Source: Cereibacter sphaeroides 2.4.1 (GTDB lineage: Bacteria > Pseudomonadota > Alphaproteobacteria > Rhodobacterales > Rhodobacteraceae). Taken from it: a stretch of DNA of 32,000 bases. A program made the translations under genes and the position numbers. Each line of letters opens with the position of its first letter. Position 1 is the first letter of the stretch. Below are positions 9,702-18,668 of the stretch, one piece after another. The notes under the pieces were generated by a model. The model made no database searches, was not told the DNA's origin, and was given only the letters and a program-made list of their open reading frames with translations. The DNA lies in contig NC_007493.2 of assembly GCF_000012905.2 (NCBI RefSeq), positions 1,470,001 through 1,502,000 of the forward strand, in the 5' to 3' direction.

Positions 9702-10310
9702 TCAGAATTCGACGCCCGGCTGGCCCTTCATCCCCGCCCGGAACGGATGCTTCACCATCTCCATCTCGGTGACGAGATCGGCGGCCTCGATCAACTCGGG
9801 CTTGGCGTTCCGCCCGGTCAGGACGACATGGGTCATGGGCGGCTTCTCGTCCTCGAGAAAGGCCAGCACCTCGGCCAGATCGAGATAATCGTAGCGCAGC
9901 GCGATGTTGATCTCGTCCAGCAGCACCATGCGGATGGCGGGATCGCGGATCAGCTCCTTGGCCTTCTCCCAGCCCGCACGGGCGGCGGCGATGTCGCGCT
10001 CGCGGTCCTGCGTCTCCCAGGTGAAGCCCTCGCCCATGGCATGGAACTGGCAGAGGTCGCCGAAGTGGGTCGTGAGCAGCCGCCGCTCGCCGGTGTCCCA
10101 CGCGCCCTTGATGAACTGCACCACCGCGCAGGGCATCCCGTGGGCGATGCAGCGCAGGATCATGCCGAACCCGGCCGAGGACTTGCCCTTGCCGGTGCCG
10201 GTATGGACGATCACGAGACCCTTCTCGCCGGTCTTGCCCGCCATCATCCGGTCGCGGGCCTCCTTGATGCGAGCCTTCTTTTCGGCGTGGCGCTGGTTCG
10301 TGTCGGTCAT
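9702..10310 (-). CDS. cobO: Cob(I)yrinic acid a,c-diamide adenosyltransferase (CobO/BtuR type).
   Basis: This is the internal Met of ORF 9702..11261. The sequence runs MTDTNQRHAEKKARIKEARD...GLVIVHTGTGKGKSSAGFG (P-loop)...VLLDEINIALRYDYL...VLTGRNA. The ATG overlaps the stop of the upstream NnrS-like gene (ATGA). Confidence 0.93.
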   Translation of the reverse strand: MTDTNQRHAEKKARIKEARDRMMAGKTGEKGLVIVHTGTGKGKSSAGFGMILRCIAHGMPCAVVQFIKGAWDTGERRLLTTHFGDLCQFHAMGEGFTWETQDRERDIAAARAGWEKAKELIRDPAIRMVLLDEINIALRYDYLDLAEVLAFLEDEKPPMTHVVLTGRNAKPELIEAADLVTEMEMVKHPFRAGMKGQPGVEF

Positions 10311-11536
10311 TGCGGCATCCTGATCTGGACGACCTGCGGCGCCGAGGCGCGCGGGCCGGAGAAGACGGGCCGCGCGAGCGGCCCCGTGACGGTGGGCAGA
10401 TAGCCCGCGAGAAACGAGATCCAGCCCGCGCACCAGAGGCCCGCCGCAACCGCCACCCCGTCGAAGGCGCCGATCAGCGGTGCCCCGAGCCGGACCAGCG
10501 CCGCCGACCAGACCAGCGCGAAGGCCAGCGCCATGGTGGGCCGCGCCCGCAGCGGGCCGCCGTCGCGGGGGGCTGCCGCGCGCGCGGCGAGCGACAGGAT
10601 CATCCCCGACATGGCCCCCATGGTCAGCGCATGGAGCGCATCCATCTCGGCTACGGGCAGAAGCCCCAGCCGCGCGAGGCCCACGAGCCCCAGCCCCAGT
10701 GCGAGCCAGCCGAAGGTCGCGTGAAGGAGGAGCAGGAGGAGGTTCCCCCGCCCGGCCCAGCCGCGCCAGCCCGCCAGCCGCAAGGCCTGCGCGATCCCCG
10801 CCCCGATCAGGCAGAGCGCCGAGACGGTCTCCTCGCCCGCGAAAGTCAGGCCGAGTGCGGTCCACAGAAGCCCCAGCGCCGCCCATCCGAGCACGGGCCG
10901 CGGCGCGGGATCCGGCACGGTTATCCCCGCCTGCCGCAGCCAGTTCAGCGTGAAGGCCGGCACCATGCGCCCGCCGATGATCGAGATCTTGATCGCGAAG
11001 AACATCCAGCCCACGCGCACCATGGTGGCCGCATCGGGCAAGGTCTCGGTCAGGGCCGCCCGCAGATAGAGCGTCTCGGCCAGCCCGTAGGCCAGGATGC
11101 CCGCGCCGAAGCCGAGCTTGCTCCAGCGCCGCGCCAGCACCGCCTCGCGGCCGAGCAATCCTGCAAGAACGAGAAAATAGGCCAGCGCCGCGGGCTGAAT
11201 CAGCCCGAGCGGGGCCTCGGGCCGGAGCCCCGCCACCACCAGCGCCACACGGGCGAGACACCAGAGCGCCACCAGCGCCATCAGCGGCCGCCCGCTCAGC
11301 GGATCCGAGCCGCGCCAGCCCTGCGCCGCGGTCAGGAAATAGCCGCCGACCGCGGCCGATCCGAGCCCGAACAGCATCTCATGCCCGTGCCAGAGCCCCC
11401 AGGTGCCGAGCTCCGGCGCCGAAAGCCCGAGCGCCGCGCCCCACTGCCACCAGATCAGCGCGATCAGCGCCCAGCTTCCCGCCGCGAGGAACAGCGGGCG
11501 GTGCGGGGCGAGCCAGAGCGTGCGCAAGCGGGTCAT
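10307..11536 (-). CDS. NnrS-family polytopic membrane protein (heme/copper-binding family).
   Basis: This is the internal Met of ORF 10307..12037 (MTRLRTLWLAPHRPLFLAAGSWALIAL...). It is 409 aa with about 12 hydrophobic segments. The NnrS signatures are RPLFL, WHGHEMLFG and YFLTAAQGWRGSDPLSG. GGAAGGA lies 7 nt upstream of the ATG. Confidence 0.85.
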   Translation of the reverse strand: MTRLRTLWLAPHRPLFLAAGSWALIALIWWQWGAALGLSAPELGTWGLWHGHEMLFGLGSAAVGGYFLTAAQGWRGSDPLSGRPLMALVALWCLARVALVVAGLRPEAPLGLIQPAALAYFLVLAGLLGREAVLARRWSKLGFGAGILAYGLAETLYLRAALTETLPDAATMVRVGWMFFAIKISIIGGRMVPAFTLNWLRQAGITVPDPAPRPVLGWAALGLLWTALGLTFAGEETVSALCLIGAGIAQALRLAGWRGWAGRGNLLLLLLHATFGWLALGLGLVGLARLGLLPVAEMDALHALTMGAMSGMILSLAARAAAPRDGGPLRARPTMALAFALVWSAALVRLGAPLIGAFDGVAVAAGLWCAGWISFLAGYLPTVTGPLARPVFSGPRASAPQVVQIRMPQ

Positions 11537-11627
11537 GGGCGGTCCTTCCGGGCCTCCCCTTCTGCCGCGGTCACGCGGGCTTGTGAAGCCATCCCGCGGC
11601 CTCTCGTCCCGCGGCCCCTGCATCGGC

Positions 11628-11656
11628 TTGACAAGAAGGGGCCTTTCCCGCACCAC
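11628..11656 (+). promoter_or_regulatory. Candidate sigma70-type promoter for the riboswitch-led cob operon.
   Basis: A perfect TTGACA is followed after 17 nt by CACCAC, a poor -10. It sits immediately upstream of the riboswitch 5' end. Confidence 0.25.
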
Positions 11657-11835
11657 TTCCGGCGCGCTGGTTCCTGTCCGACCGGACAGGCGAAGAGGGA
11701 ATGCCCCAGAGGCAGCCGCCCCCGCGACCGTGACCGGAGAGGTTGCCCAAGCCACTGGCCGCAAGGCCGGGAAGGCGGGCCGCCGCGGAGCCGCAAGGCC
11801 CCACATCCGCAAGCCGGGAGACCTGCCAGCGCTGA
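11655..11835 (+). promoter_or_regulatory. Cobalamin (AdoCbl) riboswitch.
   Basis: Conserved core elements occur in order: GGTTCC, AAGAGGGAA, GCAGCCGCCCCCGCGACCGTGA, AAGCCACTGG and GGGAAGGCGG. A B12 box, AAGCCGGGAGACCTGCCAGC, lies at about 11811..11830. Downstream, CTCTCCTTC (~11908) can pair with the GAAGAAGGGA Shine-Dalgarno region (~11927) of the first gene. Confidence 0.88.
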
Positions 11836-11943
11836 GACTTACGGGCGGACGGGGTGTTCCGCGGCCGGTGGACCGAGGTGCCGCCCGACGCGACCTCTCT
11901 CCTTCGGATCGCTGCCCCCTCGCCCACGAAGAAGGGACGGCCG

Positions 11944-12303
11944 ATGACCGTGACGCTGCACGTCTGCACCACCTGCCGCGCGGGCCGCCCGCTGCCCGAA
12001 GGCGAGACCGCGCCGGGCCTGCGGCTTCATGACGCACTGGCCGCCGCCGCCCCCGAGGGCGTCACCGTCCGCCCCGTCGAATGCCTCTCCGCCTGTTCGC
12101 AGGGCTGCGCCGTGGCGCTCTCGGCGCCCGGCCGCTGGAGCTATGTCTACGGCCGCCTCGAGGAGGCCGACGCGCCCGCCATCCTCGATGGCGCCACCGC
12201 CTATGCGGGTGCGCCCGACGGCATCGTGCCGTGGCGCGAGCGCCCCGAGATCTTCCGCAAGCAATCGCTTGCCCGCCTTCCCCCCAACGGAGACATGTCA
12301 TGA
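11944..12303 (+). CDS. Small Cys-rich metal-binding protein, DUF1636-like (thioredoxin-like ferredoxin fold predicted). It is the first gene of the cob operon.
   Basis: This is the in-frame Met of ORF 11854..12303. It is 119 aa: MTVTLHVCTTCRAG...VECLSACSQGCAV, with a CxxC plus CxxxCxxxC pattern. The stop overlaps the cobW ATG (ATGA). The family name is from memory and was not searched. Confidence 0.75.
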   Translation: MTVTLHVCTTCRAGRPLPEGETAPGLRLHDALAAAAPEGVTVRPVECLSACSQGCAVALSAPGRWSYVYGRLEEADAPAILDGATAYAGAPDGIVPWRERPEIFRKQSLARLPPNGDMS

Positions 12304-13337
12304 CCGACCTCGCGAAGATCCCCGTCACGGTGATCACGGGCTTCCTCGGCGCCGGCAAGACCACGCTGATCCGGCACCTGATGCAGAACCCCGGCGGCCG
12401 CCGCCTCGCCGTGCTGGTGAACGAGTTCGGCACGGTGGGCGTGGACGGCGATCTGATCCGCGCCTGCGCCGACGAGAACTGCCCCGACGAGGCCATCGTG
12501 GAGCTGGCGAACGGCTGCCTCTGCTGCACCGTGGCCGACGAGTTCATCCCCACGATCGAGGCGCTGATGGCGCTGCCGAAGCGCCCCGACCACATCCTGA
12601 TCGAGACCTCGGGCCTCGCGCTGCCGAAGCCGCTCCTGAAGGCCTTCGACTGGCCCGCGATCCGCTCGCGCATCACGGTGGACGGGGTGATCGCGCTGGC
12701 CGATGCCGAGGCCGTGGCCGCGGGCCGCTTCGCTCCGGATGCCGAGGCGGTGGCGGCGCAGGCTCAGGCCGAGGGCGCCGATCACGAGACCCCGCTCTCG
12801 GAAGTGTTCGAGGATCAACTCGCCTGCGCCGACCTCGTGCTGCTGACCAAGGCCGATCTCGCGGGCGAGGCGGGCCTTGCCGCCGCCCGCGCGGCGGTCG
12901 AGGCGGAATCGCCGCGGCCGATCCCGATCCTCGCCGTGACCGAGGGCGCGGTCGATCCGCAGGTGATCCTCGGGATCGAGGCCGCGGCCGAGGACGATCT
13001 GGCCGCCCGCCCCTCGCACCACGACGGGGCCGACGATCACGAGCATGACGATTTCGCCTCGACCGTGATCGACCTGCCCGAGATCGCCGATCCCGAGCGT
13101 CTGGCCGAGGCGATCCGGGCACTCGCCACCGAGCGCAACGTGCTGCGGGTGAAGGGCCATGTGGCGGTTCAGGGCAAGCCCATGCGGCTTCTCGTGCAGG
13201 CGGTGGGCGCGCGCGTCCGCCACCAGTTCGACCGGCCCTGGTCGGGCGCGCGGCAGAGCCGTCTCGTGGTGATCGCCGAGCGGGGCGATCTCGACGAGGC
13301 CGCGATCCGGCAGGACCTTCTGGCGCGGATCGGCTGA
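12300..13337 (+). CDS. cobW: Cobalamin biosynthesis GTPase/metallochaperone CobW (COG0523).
   Basis: 345 aa. VTVITGFLGAGKTTLI is the P-loop and GCLCCT is the metal motif. LIETSGLALP is present, and the His/Asp-rich stretch is SHHDGADDHEHDDF. Confidence 0.95.
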   Translation: MTDLAKIPVTVITGFLGAGKTTLIRHLMQNPGGRRLAVLVNEFGTVGVDGDLIRACADENCPDEAIVELANGCLCCTVADEFIPTIEALMALPKRPDHILIETSGLALPKPLLKAFDWPAIRSRITVDGVIALADAEAVAAGRFAPDAEAVAAQAQAEGADHETPLSEVFEDQLACADLVLLTKADLAGEAGLAAARAAVEAESPRPIPILAVTEGAVDPQVILGIEAAAEDDLAARPSHHDGADDHEHDDFASTVIDLPEIADPERLAEAIRALATERNVLRVKGHVAVQGKPMRLLVQAVGARVRHQFDRPWSGARQSRLVVIAERGDLDEAAIRQDLLARIG

Positions 13338-13340
13338 ACC

Positions 13341-16300
13341 ATGCATGTCGTCTTCCGCGAAAGCCACGGGCTCGAGGAGAGTGCGACCCCGTTCGATCCC
13401 GGGCAGACGCCTGCGGATCTGGTGGTCCTGTCCTTCTCCGACAGCGATCTCGGGGCCTTCGCGGCGGGCTGGCACCGGGCTGAGGGCGGGCTTCCCTCCA
13501 CCCGGCTCCTGAACCTCGTGGCGCTGCGCCATCCGCTCTCCATCGACACCTATGCCGAGACGGTGCTGGCCCATGCGAAGGCGATCCTGATCCGGCTGAT
13601 CGGCGGCGAGAGCTACTGGAGCTACGGGCTGGCCGAGGTGCAGGACCTCTGCCGGCGCCGCGGGATCGCGCTCGCGGTCCTGCCCGCGGACGGGCGCGAG
13701 GATCCGGCGCTCGATGCGCTTTCCACGCTGCCGGTCTCGACGCTGCGGCGGCTGTCCGCGCTCTGCGATGCGGGTGGAGCGGTGGCGGCGCAGGCCGCGC
13801 TCGCGCAGCTGGCGCTGGCGGCGGGGCTTTATGCCGGCCCGGTGCCGGGCGAGAAACGGATGCCCGACATGGGCTGGTACGACCCCGCCCGCGGCGTGAT
13901 CCCCGAACCGGAGGCGGAGGGCGGACCCGCCATCGTCGTGACCTTCTACCGCAGTTACCTGACCGCCGCCGACACGGGGCCCGTGGACGCGCTGATTTTC
14001 GCGCTTCGCGAACGGGGCTTCCGCGCCTTCGGCCTCTTCGCGCCCTCGCTGAAGGCGCCGGGCGCGCCCGACTGGATCGCCGCCGGTCTCGGCCGCCTGA
14101 GGCCCGCGGCCATCGTCAATGCCACCGCCTTCTCGGCCAGGGGCCCCGAGGGCTCGCCCCTCGACGGCCCCGGCTGTCCGGTGTTTCAGGTCGCGCTCTC
14201 GACCGCGCGGCGGCGCGACTGGGCCGTGGCCGAGCGCGGCCTCTCGCCCGCCGATCTCGCCATGCATGTGGTGCTGCCCGAGGTGGACGGTCGGATCTTC
14301 GCAGGCGCCGTCAGTTTCAAGTCGCCCGGCAAACGCTGCCCGGACCTGCAATATTCCCGTTTCGCCCACCGCGCCGATCCCGCCCGCGTGGCGGCCGTGG
14401 CCGACCGGGTGGCGGCCTGGCACCGGCTGGCCCGGACGCCCGCACCCGAGCGGCGGCTGGCCCTCGTCCTCTCGACCTATCCCGGCCGTCCCGACCAGAT
14501 CGCCCATGCCGTGGGCCTCGATGCGCTGGCCTCGGCCGAGGCGCTGGCGGCCACGCTGGCCGCGGCGGGCTATGCCACAGCCTCCGGCGCGGACCTCGCC
14601 GAGGCGCTGCTGACCGAGCGGCAGAGCTGGCCGCTCGCCGCCTACGAGGCCGCGCTCGCAACCCTGCCGGCCCCCCTGCAATTCGCGCTTCGTGAAGCCT
14701 GGGGCGCGCCCGAGGCCGATCCCGATTGCCGCGACGGCGCCTTCCGCTTCGCGGCCCTGCGGCGCGGCCACCTTCTCCTCGCGCTGCAGCCCGAACGGGG
14801 CGAGACGGCGGCACGGGATGCCGATTACCACGATCTCGCCCGCGTGCCGCGCCATGCCTATGTGGCCTTCTACCTCTGGCTCCGCGCGCACTCCCTGCAT
14901 GCGATGATCCATATGGGCGCGCATGGCACGCTCGAATGGCTGCCGGGCAAGGCGGTGGCGCTGTCGGATGCCTGCTGGCCCGAGGCGCTGACCGGCGCGC
15001 TGCCGGTGATCTATCCGTTCATCGTGAACGATCCGGGTGAGGCGGCGCAGGCGCGGCGCAGGCTCGGCGCGCTGACGCTGGGCCATATGCCGCCGCCGCT
15101 GCGCGAGAGCGCCCTGCCCGAAAATCTCGAACGTCTGGAACGGCTTCTCGATGAGTATTCCACCGCCGACGGGCTCGATCCGGCCCGGCGCGGGCGCCTG
15201 ATCGGCGCCATCCGAGACGAGGCGCGCGCCGCGGGCGTCGAGGAGGATCTGGGCCTGCCCCCCGACGCCACCCCGGCCGAGGCCATCACCCGGATCGACC
15301 GTTTCGTCTGCGATTTGAAGGAAAGCCGCTACGGCGAGGGGCTGCATCTCTACGGTGCGGCCCCGGGCGAGACCGAGGGGCTTCTGGCCGCCCTCGACGG
15401 CCGCCGGGTGGCCGCCGGCCCATCCGGCTCGCCGCATCGGGGCCGGACGGATGTGCTGCCCACGGGCCGCAACCTCTATTCCGTCGATCCGCGCGCCGTG
15501 CCCTCGCGCGCGGCCCATGCGCAGGGGGTGAAGCTCGCCGAGGAACTGCTCCGCCGCCACCTGCAGGATCAGGGCGACTGGCCGAAGGGGCTGGTGATCG
15601 ACCTCTGGGGCTCGGCCTCGATGCGGACGGCGGGCGAGGAATTCGCCATGGCGCTGCATCTGGCGGGCCTCTCCCCCCGCTGGGACGAGGGGTCCGAGCG
15701 GGTCTCGGGTGTCGAGATCCTGCCGCTCGCGCTGCTGGGGCGGCCCCGCATCGACGTGACGCTGCGGGTCTCGGGCCTCTTCCGCGACATCTTCCCCGGC
15801 CTCGCCCAGCTCTTCGAGACCGGCGCCGAGGCGCTTGCCGCCCGCGAGGAGGCACCCGAGGACAATCCCTATCTCCGCCGCAGCCCGCGGGTCTTCGGGC
15901 CTAAGCCGGGGCTCTACGGCGTGGGCGTGCGGTCGGATGACTACAGCCCCGAGGGGCGGCTCAGCGCGGGCGAGGCCTGGATCGAGGGCTCGTCCTGGGC
16001 GATCGGGGCGGATGGCGCGGCCACGCCCGCGCGCGGTGCGCTCGAAGGGCGGCTCCGCGCCGCCGACGCCTTCGCCCATGTGCAGGATCTGGCCGAGACC
16101 GACCTTCTGATGGCGCAGGACCATGCCGCCCACGAGGGTGGTTTTGCCGCGGCGCTGGCCCGGCTCGGGCGCGAGGCGGCGCTCTATCACCTCGACGCCA
16201 CCCGCCCCGACCGGCCCCGCGCCCGCAGCCTCACCGAGGAGCTGAGCCGCATCGTGCGTGCGCGCATCGCCGATCCCGCCTGGGCCGATGGCATGATGCG

Positions 16301-16577
16301 CCACGGCTTCCGGGGCGCGGCCGAGATCGCGGCCTCGGTCGATCATCTGGGAAGCTTCGCCAATCTCACCCGCGCAGTGCCCGACGGGCTCTTCGACCTC
16401 TGCTTCGAGGCGACGCTGATGCGCGAGGATCTCGTGGCCTTCATGGCCCGCGAAAACCCCGCGGCCCTTGCCGCCCTCCGCGACCGCTTCCGCGCTCTTG
16501 CCGAGGCCGGGCTCTGGCAGCCGCGCCGCAATTCCATCGCAGCCCTCCTCGCCTGCGCCCCCACGGAGACCCATTGA
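13341..16577 (+). CDS. cobN: Cobaltochelatase large subunit CobN.
   Basis: 1078 aa. The CobN/Mg-chelatase H family is recognisable from GAHGTLEWLPGK, VIYPFIVNDPGE, TGRNLYSVDP and DLWGSASMRT. Confidence 0.95.
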   Translation: MHVVFRESHGLEESATPFDPGQTPADLVVLSFSDSDLGAFAAGWHRAEGGLPSTRLLNLVALRHPLSIDTYAETVLAHAKAILIRLIGGESYWSYGLAEVQDLCRRRGIALAVLPADGREDPALDALSTLPVSTLRRLSALCDAGGAVAAQAALAQLALAAGLYAGPVPGEKRMPDMGWYDPARGVIPEPEAEGGPAIVVTFYRSYLTAADTGPVDALIFALRERGFRAFGLFAPSLKAPGAPDWIAAGLGRLRPAAIVNATAFSARGPEGSPLDGPGCPVFQVALSTARRRDWAVAERGLSPADLAMHVVLPEVDGRIFAGAVSFKSPGKRCPDLQYSRFAHRADPARVAAVADRVAAWHRLARTPAPERRLALVLSTYPGRPDQIAHAVGLDALASAEALAATLAAAGYATASGADLAEALLTERQSWPLAAYEAALATLPAPLQFALREAWGAPEADPDCRDGAFRFAALRRGHLLLALQPERGETAARDADYHDLARVPRHAYVAFYLWLRAHSLHAMIHMGAHGTLEWLPGKAVALSDACWPEALTGALPVIYPFIVNDPGEAAQARRRLGALTLGHMPPPLRESALPENLERLERLLDEYSTADGLDPARRGRLIGAIRDEARAAGVEEDLGLPPDATPAEAITRIDRFVCDLKESRYGEGLHLYGAAPGETEGLLAALDGRRVAAGPSGSPHRGRTDVLPTGRNLYSVDPRAVPSRAAHAQGVKLAEELLRRHLQDQGDWPKGLVIDLWGSASMRTAGEEFAMALHLAGLSPRWDEGSERVSGVEILPLALLGRPRIDVTLRVSGLFRDIFPGLAQLFETGAEALAAREEAPEDNPYLRRSPRVFGPKPGLYGVGVRSDDYSPEGRLSAGEAWIEGSSWAIGADGAATPARGALEGRLRAADAFAHVQDLAETDLLMAQDHAAHEGGFAAALARLGREAALYHLDATRPDRPRARSLTEELSRIVRARIADPAWADGMMRHGFRGAAEIAASVDHLGSFANLTRAVPDGLFDLCFEATLMREDLVAFMARENPAALAALRDRFRALAEAGLWQPRRNSIAALLACAPTETH

Positions 16578-17206
16578 TGGCCCATCGCTACGAAACCGAC
16601 GGGGCGGCGATCTACCGCCAGTCCTTCGCCACCATCCGCGCGGAGGCGGCGCTCGCGCGCTTCACGCCCGAGGAGGAGGTGGTGGTGGTCCGCATGATCC
16701 ATGCCGCCGGCATGGTGGGTCTCGAGGCGCATGTCCGCTTCTCGCCCGGCATGGCGGTTGCCGCGCGGGCGGCGCTCGAGGCGGGTGCGCCGATCCTCTG
16801 CGATGCGCGGATGGTGAGCGAGGGCATCACCCGCCCGCGCCTGCCGGCCGGGAACCGCGTGATCTGCACGCTTCAGGATGCGGAGGTGCCCGAGCTTGCG
16901 AAATCCATGGCCACCACCCGCTCCGCCGCGGCGCTGGAACTCTGGCGGCCGCATCTCGCGGGCGCCGTGGTCGCGATCGGCAACGCGCCGACCGCGCTCT
17001 TTCACCTGCTGAACATGCTCGAGGATCCGGCCTGCCCGAGGCCCGCGGCCATCATCGGCTGCCCGGTGGGCTTCGTCGGCGCAGCCGAATCCAAGGAGGC
17101 GCTGATGCAGGACCTGCCCTGCCCGTCGCTGATCGTCGAGGGCCGCCTCGGCGGCTCGGCCATCACGGTTGCGGCTGTCAACGCGCTGGCGAGCCGGGTG
17201 GAATGA
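16577..17206 (+). CDS. cobH: Precorrin-8X methylmutase.
   Basis: 209 aa. Motifs are AIYRQSFATIRAEA, APILCDARMV, AIGNAPTALF and GFVGAAESK. The ATG shares 1 nt with the cobN stop (TGATG); the track offers a TTG at 16574. Confidence 0.95.
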   Translation: MAHRYETDGAAIYRQSFATIRAEAALARFTPEEEVVVVRMIHAAGMVGLEAHVRFSPGMAVAARAALEAGAPILCDARMVSEGITRPRLPAGNRVICTLQDAEVPELAKSMATTRSAAALELWRPHLAGAVVAIGNAPTALFHLLNMLEDPACPRPAAIIGCPVGFVGAAESKEALMQDLPCPSLIVEGRLGGSAITVAAVNALASRVE

Positions 17207-17937
17207 TGGGCCGCATCATCTGCGCAGGCCTCGGCCCCGGCGACCCCGATCTTCTCAGCGTCAAGTCCGACCGGCTGATCCGCACCGCCCGGCATGTGGC
17301 CTATTTCCGCAAGGCGGGCCGCTCAGGACAGGCCCGCCGCATCGTCGAGGGGATGCTGCGCCCCGACGCCGTCGAGTATCCGATGGATTATCCGGTCACG
17401 ACCGAGATCCGCTTCGACCATCCCGATTACAACCGGATGCTGGCCGAGTTCTACGACCTCTGGGCCGACAGGCTGGCGGACCTGGCGCGGACCGAGGAGG
17501 TGGTGGTGCTCTGCGAGGGCGATCCGCTGTTCTACGGCTCGTTCATGCATCTGCACAGCCGGCTGCAGGGCCGCGCCGAGGTCGAGATCGTGCCCGGCAT
17601 TCCCGGCATGGCCGGCTGCTGGAATGCGGCCGGCCTGCCGATCACCTGGGGCGACGATGTGCTCTCGGTGCTGGCGGGCACGCTCTCGGAGGAGGATCTG
17701 GCGCGTCATGCGGCGGCGGCCGATGCGGTGGTGGTGATGAAGACCGGGCGCAACCTGCCCAAGGTGCGCCGGGCGCTGGAAGCCGCCGGCCGGCTCGACG
17801 AGGCCTGGCTCGTCGAGCGCGGCACCATGCCGGGCCAGCGGGTCGCGCGGCTTGCCGAGGTCGAGGGGGCGGACTGCCCCTATTTCGCCATCGTGCTCGT
17901 CCCCGGACGCGGACGCCGCCCGGAGCTTGCGGAATGA
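17203..17937 (+). CDS. cobI: Precorrin-2 C20-methyltransferase.
   Basis: This is the in-frame Met of ORF 16468..17937. It begins MMGRIICAGLGPGDPDLLSVKS and contains CEGDPLFYGSF and VPGIPGMAG. It is a class III SAM methyltransferase, assigned by its position after cobH. There is an ATGA overlap with cobH. Confidence 0.9.
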   Translation: MMGRIICAGLGPGDPDLLSVKSDRLIRTARHVAYFRKAGRSGQARRIVEGMLRPDAVEYPMDYPVTTEIRFDHPDYNRMLAEFYDLWADRLADLARTEEVVVLCEGDPLFYGSFMHLHSRLQGRAEVEIVPGIPGMAGCWNAAGLPITWGDDVLSVLAGTLSEEDLARHAAAADAVVVMKTGRNLPKVRRALEAAGRLDEAWLVERGTMPGQRVARLAEVEGADCPYFAIVLVPGRGRRPELAE

Positions 17938-18668
17938 GCGGCTGGCTTGTGGTGGCGGGTCTCGGGCCCGGGGCCGAGCACCTCGTCACGCCCGAGGTCT
18001 CGGTGGCCCTGGCGGAGGCCACCGATGTGGTGGGCTACATCCCTTACGTTGCCCGCGTGGCCGAGCGGCCGGGGCTCACGCTCCATGCCAGCGACAACCG
18101 GGTGGAGGTCGAGCGCGCGGCCCATGCGCTTCAGATGGCGGCCGAGGGGCGGCGGGTGGTCGTGGTTTCCTCGGGCGATCCGGGGGTCTTCGCCATGGCC
18201 TCGGCCCTGTTCGAGGCGCTGGAGGCGCGGCCCGAGTGGCAGGCGCTGGATATCCGCATCCTGCCCGGCATCACCGCGATGCTGGCCGCCGCCGCCGCCG
18301 CCGGAGCGCCGCTCGGCCATGATTTCTGCGCGATCAACCTGTCGGACAATCTCAAGCCCTGGGCGCTGATCGAGAAGCGGCTGCGGCTGGCGGCCGAGGC
18401 GGATCTCGCGATGGCCTTCTACAATCCGCGCTCGAAGTCCCGCCCCGAAGGCTTTGTCCGCGCTCTGGATCTTCTGCGCGAGACCTGCGGGCCCGACCGG
18501 CTCGTGACCTTCGCGCGCGCGGTCTCGACGCCCGAGCAGCATCTGCGCACCGTCACGCTGGGCGAGGCCACGCCCGAGATGGCCGACATGCGGACCGTGG
18601 TGATCGTCGGCAATTCCGCCACGCGCCGGGTGGGCCGCTGGGTCTATACGCCGAGGTCGGCCGGATGA
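17934..18668 (+). CDS. cobJ: Precorrin-3B C17-methyltransferase.
   Basis: This is the in-frame Met of ORF 17169..18668. It begins MSGWLVVAGLGPGAEHLVTPE and contains VSSGDPGVFAMAS, LPGITAM and AFYNPRSKSRPEGF. There is an ATGA overlap with cobI. Confidence 0.9.
   Translation: MSGWLVVAGLGPGAEHLVTPEVSVALAEATDVVGYIPYVARVAERPGLTLHASDNRVEVERAAHALQMAAEGRRVVVVSSGDPGVFAMASALFEALEARPEWQALDIRILPGITAMLAAAAAAGAPLGHDFCAINLSDNLKPWALIEKRLRLAAEADLAMAFYNPRSKSRPEGFVRALDLLRETCGPDRLVTFARAVSTPEQHLRTVTLGEATPEMADMRTVVIVGNSATRRVGRWVYTPRSAG

Noticed and set aside
12201-16574. A 1457-aa open reading frame antisense to cobW and cobN.
   Set aside because: The translation is Arg/Gly/Ala/Pro-rich low-complexity sequence with no recognisable motifs. 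The sense strand encodes unmistakable CobW and CobN. Long stop-free antisense frames are expected at about 70% GC.
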